A stretch of DNA of 63,599 nucleotides, filler included, from Octopus bimaculoides (taxonomy: Eukaryota): assembly GCF_001194135.2 (NCBI RefSeq). It is 4 parts of 4 records of this genome, joined end to end, with 100 filler letters (N's around TTAATTAATTAA, not from the genome) between each part and the next. Parts side by side here need not be neighbours in the genome. Positions count along the whole stretch, not along the records: positions 1 to 7,794 come from NC_069002.1; positions 7,895 to 38,712 come from NC_068990.1; 2 more parts are not named here. The stretch is one strand, 5' to 3'. This document shows, piece after piece, positions 1 to 9,179 of the stretch. The notes under the pieces are model-generated. The model searched no databases and was not told where the DNA came from. It worked only from the letters and a program-made list of their open reading frames with translations. Each line of letters starts with the position of its first letter. Positions within the stretch are counted from its first letter, which is position 1. The position numbers and the translations under genes are program-made.

Positions 1-651
1 TATATATATATATATATATATATATCTTAACGTAACTGCCTCCCTGCCCATCTCTCTTTATCTGCCTTTCTTTAACCTCACCACCAGAACATCCCCATCC
101 GCTAAATATTGTATCCTAAACATATCTCTTTCTTTTTACCTTTTCCTCTCCACCCTACAGTACATCATTAACACTTCTCTCTTCCTCTTTTCTCTCGCTC
201 TTCGCCTCTCACCACTTGACGTATTTGGCCTTATTATACTCACTCCACCTCCACAACTAACTAAAGTATAACGAGATAACGAACAAGCAGATTATCATAT
301 AGATATATACGTTTAGTGTTGAGTGTCAGAAGAAAGAATACTCATAACCATAGAAGAGATTGGTGGTATCTCTATTTTGATCTTGCTGCTCTGGAGTGTT
401 GCTTGTGGGCGTAGGAATATCAAGCAAATCATGAATTGAAATTCTAGATTAGAGACTAACTCGAGAAATATAAGTGTTTGTAGGGGGAAGGGGAGTGAGC
501 GTATTGTTAACATCATAAGAATTTTATAAACTTTAGAAAATAATTAGCTTTTGGAACCTTGGCTCTCGAGGCACATCGCATAAAGCTATAAATAATATCA
601 TGTAAATATTGGGTTGAAACCACCACCCCCTTTGGATACGAAAACTCGAAA

Positions 652-722
652 GCTTCGCATAGGACTCGAACCCATATCTCTTGTGGATAAACATGGCAAG
701 CGTTCTGCCATTGAGCCAAAGC
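652..722 (-). pseudogene. tRNA-like sequence (pseudo-tRNA or SINE head)
   Basis: A box TGGCTCAATGG, B box GGTTCGAGTCC and an intact T-arm; acceptor register and anticodon arm are broken. Confidence 0.5.
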
Positions 723-949
723 AATCCTTCGGTTTATTCTCGGTTTATTTCAGAAAGCTTATTTTCACCAGAGATACTTGTGCGTTGTTGACGTCATCAA
801 AATTTGACGCACTTTCGAGAAAACGTGAAATAATTGTTTTTTGGAACATTGGTTCTCGAAGTAGCTTACATAAAGCTATAAATAATATGTAAATACTGGG
901 TTTAAAAGCCTTTTTGAGAAAAATATCAAATTCCTTTTTATTCGTTCAT

Positions 950-1347
950 TCTTTTACTTGTTTCAGTCATTTCACTGCGGCCATGCTGGAGCACTGCCTT
1001 AGAGGATTTTAGTCGAACATATCAACTCCCCATGACTTAGTTTTCTTAAGCCAAGCACTTATTCTATCAGTCACTTTTGCCGAATGGCTAAGTTATGGGT
1101 ACGTAAACACACGAATAGCGGTTGTCAAGCGGTGATTGGGGGATAAACGCAGACACAAAGACACACACACACACACACACATATGCGCGCGCGCGCACTC
1201 ACACATATACATAGATATGACATTGCTTCTTTCCGCTTCCGTCTACCAAAAACACTCACAAGGTTTTGGTCAGCCCAAGGCAATAGTAGAAGACACTTGA
1301 CCAAGGTGCCACGCAGTGGGAGAGAACCTGGAACCGTATGGTTATGA
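950..1347 (-). mobile_element. tRNA-derived SINE family A (CORE-like centre), head truncated
   Basis: Shares cagtcattt..ctgcggccatgctggagca and gaagacactt...caaggtgccacgcagtggga with the copies at 35909 and 55815. Confidence 0.85.
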
Positions 1348-1659
1348 CCTCAGTAACACATAGTTCTCGCTGGCAGGAATAAAATTTCTTAAATCGATAT
1401 TAGGAAAATTGAACGTCCCAAGTTATTTAACTAAACAAATATATTTACGATGTTTTACGCTAATTTCTTGACATGTAACGTTAATTTTCAGTGTCCCTAA
1501 TAGACAGCGATATGAAGGATGCTAAAGTGAACGGTAGCACTTGCATCAGAACGTTTAGAAAGAACTTGTTCTATAATTATTTACAAAATATATGATGAAT
1601 AAATATTTAAACGGTCATAGAATAGGAAATATTAAACATTTTCTCCGTTCGTTTTCAAC

Positions 1660-1978
1660 ACTCGGTCAGTTTCGACGAAGAGTGTTCCAGCTGATACAAT
1701 CAACGGAACAGCCAACTCATTTAATTAACGTGCAAATGGCTGAACATTCCACAGACACGTGTACGCTCAACGTAGTTCTCAGAGAGATTCGGTGTGACAC
1801 AGAATGTAGCAAGGCCGGCTCTTTGAATTACAGGTACTACTCATTTTTGCCAGATGAGTAGACTGGAGAAATGTGAAATAAAGTGTCTTGCTCAAGGACA
1901 CAACGCGCCTCTGGGAATTGAACTCTCGACCTTACGATCGTGAGCCGAATACCCTAACCACTGAGCCACGCTCCTTCA
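1660..1978 (-). mobile_element. tRNA-derived SINE family C; other copies at about 17780-17896 (-) and 22786-22952 (+)
   Basis: Minus-strand head GTGGCTCAGTGGTTAGGG...GAGTTCAATTCC, then GTGTCCTTGAGCAAGACACTTTATTTCAC. Confidence 0.8.
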
Positions 1979-3439
1979 TTATTTCTTCTAAGACCCTATG
2001 CATCAAAGGTGTCCTTTTATTATAACTTTCGTGAAATTTAAATGTTCGTTACAGTATCACGACCTACTGGATAGCTCATAACGATTGTGCGGTCAATGAA
2101 TGTTCTATGATGAACAACAACACGATGAAATGTATTAAATGCAGTGATAGGCGTTTGGTGTTTTGTAAAAAAGGTATGTTTACAATCTAATCTTGTTTTT
2201 CCTTTTATTGTTTCATTCGCAACATTAATTTATTTCAGTGATTAATGTGACGAACTCTAGCGTAAGAGATATAAACTCTCGGTGTATTTATATGTGACGC
2301 AGATTTAATCCTGTGCTTTGACCTCACAGCTTTAAGGAAAATCGCAAAATAACGCAAGATACTTGTTCCTTTTCGATGATTAAAGTTTCGCTTTCATACA
2401 AGACCGTATTTTAGAATTGTAATGGACTGAATTGAATGGGATAGGGACGGGATTTACAACCTTGTTTATTAATCCCGCTTATCAGAAAGTTGTGTTGGGA
2501 ATATCTAACAAAACTAAAAGAGCCAACCAGCAAGCGTCAATATTTCTCTGATTTTACTGGAAATAAAAGCCAAAACAAACTAAGATCAGTTTCTATTACC
2601 TTTAAGGAAGATCACATTGGATGACTTAATTGATTATTCACTTCAGTATTTGAAATGGAAAACGGAGTAGATTTCTCGATTTGGACTAAATTATTATGGA
2701 AACACTCGGCACCGAATCCTCTTAGGATTTGCCTCAGTGACTCAACTATCAAACGTTTTCTGTTGAAAACAGGATCAAATACGTTATTGATGTCATTGAA
2801 GTTGCTGGACCAAAACTTATGCGGGTAACTATAGTATTTTAACTCTCGATTTTGTGTTTTAAACAGAAAGTGGATGAGCCAGTGTCCCTGATTCCTTTAC
2901 AGGGTCACAGATACTGGTGGAATGGGAAGGAGGGGTATTATCCTCAAATCGGAGACTTGGCAAGAATACTTACAGCAGAGGGGAATCTTCTGAAGGAACC
3001 CAGTGTGCTAGGTGTAGGTATGAAACCGAGAAGAGTGTTATGTCTAACATACAGGTTGGCCATGGCGGAATTTGAACTCAGAACACAAAGAGACTTAAGC
3101 TAAAATATACCATAGTACATCGAACGGCAGTAGTTTTGTTACAAATACACAAAGAAACAAGGAAGGCACCGGTATATACTCTAAAATATTCATTAAGAGA
3201 CGGGAGCAAATATATTTTTCGCAAATATTAATATTTAACTTTCAGCACGCTGTGGGTGCATCATGTCACCGTATGTGTTTTCTCCCCTGTAACAGTAACA
3301 GAGGAGACAATGCCAGATAAAATGCAATGTGTTACAGGTTAACATTAAGACTAAGTATCAACCGGAAGTAGGAGTTTGTGGCAACTGGTTACGCCTGTAA
3401 TAAGAGACATAGGAAAGAAAATCTCACTACCGCCCAACA

Positions 3440-3870
3440 TCATTACCGCTATCATCACTATCACCTTAAGCATCAATTGTATTGCCATCTTCTATTATCT
3501 TGTAATTAACATCATTACCATCATCATCATCATCATTATAATCATCAGCCTCATAATCATCATCATCATCATTACTAGCACCAGCACCAGCATTATCATC
3601 ATCACCAGCATCACTACTGTCGTCATCATTCTCATCATCATCGTCATTATCATCTTCCCAAACATCATCACAACCACCATCACCGCCATCATCATCATGA
3701 CAGCACCAACCTCTGTCATCATCGATTATCTCCATCATCATCACCGTTAACATCCCCCTTTTTCTCTCCTGCCTCCTTCGTCCATTGATATTATCACAAC
3801 CATCAGTCATCGTCTTTACCATCACCAGCGTATCAGCACCGTCAACGATGACGATGACGACGTCATTACC
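3440..3870. repeat. Cryptic (CAT/CAC)n triplet repeat; similar tracts at 13810-13933, 51822-52060, 53900-54150, 55230-55370, 59930-59980, 61210-61335
   Basis: Low-complexity triplet arrays that generate the poly-I/D/H/V ORFs in the track. Confidence 0.9.
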
Positions 3871-3984
3871 ATTCTAATGTTAGATAGAGATAAGGAAATA
3901 ATTTTGTTCTCAAACGCAGGATTATGCTAATGATATAACATGAACAGGATAAACAACCCATATTTTGTAGAAAAATCTGTCGGC

Positions 3985-4058
3985 GGCCAGCCATGAGACT
4001 CGAACTCACATCCCCGTGATTACGCGTCAAGTGCTTTACCATTAAGCTAAACTGAACC
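3985..4058 (-). pseudogene. tRNA-Thr(CGT)-like sequence (pseudo-tRNA or SINE head)
   Basis: GGTTCAGTTTAGCTTAATGGTAAAGCA CTTGA CGCGTAA TCACG GGGATGTGAGTTCGAGTCTCATGGCTGGCC: A/B boxes and a CGT anticodon loop, with mismatched anticodon and acceptor stems. Confidence 0.55.
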
Positions 4059-4167
4059 AACGAGAATTCTGGCCACCGACAGATTTTTCTGCAAAATATG
4101 GATGGCTTATCCTGTTCATGTTATATTATTAGCATTATTCTATTGTTATTATTATCATCACCATTAA

Positions 4168-4383
4168 GGCAGCGAGCTGTCAGAATCGTTAGCACGTCGG
4201 GTGAAATGCTTAGCGGTATTTCGTCTGCCGCTATGTTCTGAGTTCAAACTCCGCCGAGGTCAACTTTGCCCTTCATCCTTTCGGGGTCGATAAATTAAAA
4301 ACCAGTGAAGCACTGGGGTCGATGTAATCGACTAGTCTCCTCCCACCAAATTTGAGGCCTTGTGCTTCCAGTAGAAAGGATTA
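4168..4383 (+). mobile_element. tRNA-derived SINE family B
   Basis: GGC.G.GAGCTG.CAGAATCGTTAGCACG...GTTCTGAGTTCAAA.TCCGCCGAGGTC.ACTTTGCC.TTCATCCTTTCGGGGTCGAT; recurs throughout the window. Confidence 0.88.
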
Positions 4384-5243
4384 TTATCATTGCCCTCATA
4401 ATCGCACCTACTCCCATTTTGTACTCCACCTTCAGCACCTTCCTCGATCTATTCTTGATTGTTCTCAGTCTTTCTACTTATGGTGGCTATATGAGGCTCT
4501 CCAGTCACCAAAGATTCCTAAACGGAATCAAACTATTATTCGCTGTGAGGCATTAAACCGATGAATTGCTTTAATAAAATTCTTACTCTGTAATTAATCT
4601 GCATCACGTTCTTTTTATCATACAAGTAGCAGTGCTAAGTACAACTAACCAATGTTTTATGTATGTATGTATGTATGTACGTACGTACGTATGTATGTAC
4701 GTACGTACGTACGTATGTATGTATGTATGTATGTATGTATGTATGTATGTGTGCATGTATGTATGTATGTATGCATGTATGTATGTGTGTATGTGTGTGT
4801 GTATATATATATATATANNNNNNNNNNNNNNNNNNNNNNNNNNNNNNNNNNNNNNNNNNNNNNNNNNNNNNNNNNNNNNNNNNNNNNNNNNNNNNNNNNN
4901 NNNNNNNNNNNNNNNNNNNNNNNNNNNNNNNNNNNNNNNNNNNNNNNNNNNNNNNNNNNNNNNNNNNNNNNNNNNNNNNNNNNNNNNNNNNNNNNNNNNN
5001 NNNNNNNNNNNNNNNNNNNNNNNNNNNNNNNNNNNNNNNNNNNNNNNNNNNNNNNNNNNNNNNNNNNNNNNNNNNNNNNNNNNNNNNNNNNNNNNNNNNN
5101 NNNNNNNNNNNNNNNNNNNNNNNNNNNNNNNNNNNNNNNNNNNNNNNNNNNNNNNNNNNNNNNNNNNNNNNNNNNNNNNNNNNNNNNNNNNNNNNNNNNN
5201 NNNNNNNNNNNNNNNNNNNNNNNNNNNNNNNNNNNNNNNNNNN

Positions 5244-5308
<65 letters not shown>

Positions 5309-6432
5309 AAGAGTTTCAATACAAGGAGGTCGAGGCCTTTGTCAACAAATTTGCCACTTATTACAATAATACACTAAAAGATGCGAGGTTAAAGAAAAGA
5401 TCAACTTCGTACAGAGTGGCTAACAATGGATCGACAAATCCGAAAAGTGTAACTCGCTTATAAGTTAGAATGCAATAACTAACGTTGCTTGCTACTTAGA
5501 GTGAGTAATGAAATACTTCTAAGTATCATAAGTTCTTAAATAAGGCATGGAAATCAATTACAGCTGCGCGAAGAATGTTGGTACACAATAAACAAGTTGG
5601 GAAGTGCTGACCAAAACAACATTCAGGAATCTAAATTTGATTTCATATCTAAGGAAATTTTTTCTTAATGACGAATACTTACTCAATGAAACTGTATATG
5701 GAGCTCATATCAATGGCTTAAAATGTAAAAAGATTCAAATTGATAAATATGAAAACAGCTTCAAGCGTCATTTCCTTAAACATGAATTTATTATTAGGAA
5801 AGAGAAAAATGATACGCCACAGCTTACTCGATTTATGTTGGGAATCAAAAAGATCGCTATGAGATAATCATGGGTCGAGCACACCATACCACATAACAAC
5901 AGGGCTAAAGCTTGTTGATTCTGGACCGCTGAGAATTACCAGATATTAATTCAGCAATTCACTGACAAATAGGAATAAGATACGCCTGGGTAATGGTTGA
6001 AATGAAACAACATACAAGCATATAAAATACCATATTTATCACACGAAACATCGTTTGAAAGAAACACAAACTTGTAAGTATACTAATGTGTGCGCGTAAA
6101 TCTCTGCACCGATCTACCTACCGAGATGCAACTGTTTCTTTCCTAATTTCACCTGACAGGTTGCTGAAGATTCAGCAAACTGTGTGCCGAATTAACTCCT
6201 TCCTGAGCACCATCAAATACACTTTCGCTTAAGATACATCCGCAGTGTTTTCTTAATTTCCTTATACCATCAACTCATAAATGTGGATATATGTATTCAT
6301 ATATATGTGTATATGTATATGAGTTTGTGTATGTATCTACGTAGAAATATATTTGTATACGTGAATGATCTTGCATATATATACGCGTGCGTGTGTATGC
6401 ATATACATTACATATTACAAAATTTCGCACCA

Positions 6433-6478
6433 GACAACCTGATGACGGCGCGTAAGCAAAAACTTCGATGTCCCTGTC
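6433..6478 (+). ncRNA. Degenerate minimal hammerhead ribozyme relic
   Basis: gacaac CTGATGA C GGC gcgtaa GC a aAAAC TTCGAT GTC cctgtc: intact CUGAUGA and GUC triplet, near-palindromic stem III loop, but the CGAAA side is mutated to AAAAA. Confidence 0.4.
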
Positions 6479-6628
6479 AACTTTTTCTTTGTAATAATTC
6501 ATGAATTCCCACATAGAAACTGTTGAGGAACTTTTTCTATTCAATATTGAATTGTCTTTATATATAACTCCACATGAAAACAAACATTAATATATATCTG
6601 CATATATGTGTGCGCGTGTGTGTATAAC

Positions 6629-6663
<35 letters not shown>

Positions 6664-6685
6664 ATAAATGCATATATATATATAC

Positions 6686-6721
<36 letters not shown>

Positions 6722-7264
6722 ACGTATATACTAGATAAGCCACCTATTCCTGGATACAACTCGCTCAACAAGAACTCACTACTTGAATGGACCTGAACAA
6801 AACTTGAGTTAAAAAGGATTTAGATAATCCTATCAGGTGGTGCTATTAAGACATAGCCTGGACCAATCTTTGGTCGAAACATATCTCAGTTTATCTAAGT
6901 TTATGTGCGTGTGTATGTGTATACATACATATGTATATATACATATATATGTGTATGTGTGTGTGTATGTACGTGTGTGTGTGTGTGTGTGTGTGTGTGC
7001 ATATACATATAAATATTTGTGTGTGTATGTATGTACGCATGTGTGTATGTATGTACGCATGTGTGTATATGTAGATACGTATATGGTGTGTACATATATA
7101 TATATATATATACACACACGTGTGTGTATGTAGGTATGTAAATGTGTGTGTATTCGTATATTTTAGTGTGTGTTTGTGAGTGTGCGTATATATATTTGTT
7201 CATGTGCTTATATTACACATTTTATATTTTTATATGCCTTGTTCTATATTTTCTCGCATTCCAG

Positions 7265-7471
7265 AGAGACCCTGTCAGTACGTTAAGAATATAACTTCAG
7301 CTTTATATGAACAAATGCAAGAAGCTGACGAAGTCGACTGTGAACAAAATTGCTGTGCTAAAAGGAAATGTATTGGATGGTCATTCAGTTCAAATGGCTG
7401 TTACCACTACAATTCCAGTTTGAATGCAGCAGGAGAAACAAGTATAATGAACACGAAGCAACCTTTAAACA
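7265..7471 (+). CDS. Candidate exon encoding a PAN/Apple-like Cys-rich module (RPCQYVKN...DCEQNCCAKRKCIGWSFSSNGCYHY...), possibly the aGPCR ectodomain
   Basis: Acceptor ttttctcgcattccag; donor AACA|gtaata gives a symmetric phase 1/1 207-nt exon (alternative donor at 7506). The C..C-x3-C-x5-C-x2-aromatic..C spacing resembles PAN. Lies inside ORF 7180..7515. Confidence 0.5.
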
Positions 7472-7763
7472 GTAATAACTTTCTTGTTCAATATAATTAC
7501 AAAAAAGTTTACTAAGACAAAACATTATTGACAAGGGTGAAAAATCTGTCGGGTAGAACGCATTATGATATTGAGTTACTCCCCTTGACATTTGTCTTTC
7601 GTCCATCAGGGATCGATGAATAAGTACCAATAAGTTGTCGGTGGATCTACCTGTCTGGACTTTGTACTGTTAGCCTCTGGGGACTGACAGATAGACAGAC
7701 ATGCATGTATGTACGTACGCATGTATGTATGTATGTATGTATGTATGTATGTATGTATGTATC

Positions 7764-7794
<31 letters not shown>

Positions 7795-7894
7795 NNNNNN
7801 NNNNNNNNNNNNNNNNNNNNNNNNNNNNNNNNNNNNNNTTAATTAATTAANNNNNNNNNNNNNNNNNNNNNNNNNNNNNNNNNNNNNNNNNNNN
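7795..7894. other. Artificial gap spacer N44-TTAATTAATTAA-N44; also at 38713-38812 and 47430-47529
   Basis: Identical 100-bp layout three times; the 12-mer puts stops in all six frames. Confidence 0.9.
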
Positions 7895-8304
7895 ATATAT
7901 ATATATATATATACACAGCGCAAAACATGGTAGATAGCAATAAAAAGGCAAAATTGCAACAAACTGTGACCGTTACATACAGAAAATTAATGCCGCTATT
8001 TTTCTAATCATGATTTTCATCAGGGTAACTATAGCAACAAATTGATGAATGTTTTTAAAATTGATTGTCATGTTTCTAAAGGCAAATAGCTCACTCAGAA
8101 AACCAGAGAACTAACAGCAGGAAACAAGAAACATCAATAATTACTAGAGCAACGTAGAAATTCCTGCGCATGCTTTGGTACGGAGAATATCAGTTATTGT
8201 AGTGGGGATGACTTTAATCTCTGTAGTAGTAGAAGTAGTAGTTGTTGATGTTGTGTATGTTTTTTAGTCAACAGTTTCAAATTTCCGTTCTTTTCCTCCG
8301 CCAG

Positions 8305-8445
8305 ATAAGCGACTCTCCATACCCAAATGATAAAAAAAGCCGAAATATGATGGACTACATTTCAATACCGAAGACTTTATCAAAACACTTGAAAAACAGC
8401 AATCGGATTTCGTTTTATTCCATGCCTAACGATAAGCTATTTAGG
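8305..8445 (+). CDS. aGPCR exon, GAIN subdomain B (ISDSP...DYISIPKTL...NRISFYSMPNDKLFR)
   Basis: Acceptor ttttcctccgccag, donor AGG|gtacgt, 141 nt, phase 0/0. I.IP..L and RI.F...NDKLF are typical GAIN strands. Confidence 0.8.
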
Positions 8446-9147
8446 GTACGTTACGTAACTAATAATTTTCTTATTCCAATTCACTGGTTAAAATTTATTT
8501 GATTTCATCAATCGTTTTCTGATAACCGCAGAAACAATACTCAAAGAAACGCGATACTCACTGTTTATGCATTCACATATATATATGCATATGTGGATGT
8601 ATAAAGCATAAATTCAGGTGCGAAAGGTGAATATAGATTTATTTTTTTCATTTGACTTCCGTATGGTTACAGCTGTTTCGTAAACTTCATCTGATACAAG
8701 GCCGGCAATTTTAGGGGAAGAGATGAGTCAATTACATTGACCCCAGTGTTCAACTTGTCCTTATTTTATCGACCCCCGAAAGGATGAAAGGCGAAGTCAA
8801 CCTCGGCGGAATTTGAACTCAGGATGTGGAGTAACGAAATATCGCTAACCGCTTTACCTGACATGCTAACGATTCAACCAACTTGCCGCCTTAATCATGT
8901 AGTCTTATTAATTTTGGTATGTTAGGCAGAATCGTTAATATGCGTTCTCTACGTTCTAAGTTCAGATGTCAATATTATATTTTCCATATTCTATAACCCA
9001 CATTAATTTTATAAGAATATAAATAAAACATAAAAAACAGAGTTGGAACTCTTTTAAATAATATATTCTTCTATACACGATCATACAAAATCCTTTTTTT
9101 TATATTTTTTTATTTTTATCTTTATTCACACACACACACACACACAT

Positions 9148-9179
<32 letters not shown>

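Noticed and set aside
3376-3825. Poly-I/D/M ORFs (also 51722-52063, 53893-54219, 55214-55553)
   Set aside because: Translations of cryptic triplet repeats; no splice or domain support.
652-4058. Functional tRNA genes at 652-722 and 3985-4058
   Set aside because: Acceptor and anticodon stems are broken and both are embedded in repeat bodies; kept only as tRNA-like relics.
4632-5463. Long ORFs of YI/VC/HT/LS dipeptides and X runs here and throughout the track
   Set aside because: Artefacts of microsatellites and N gaps.
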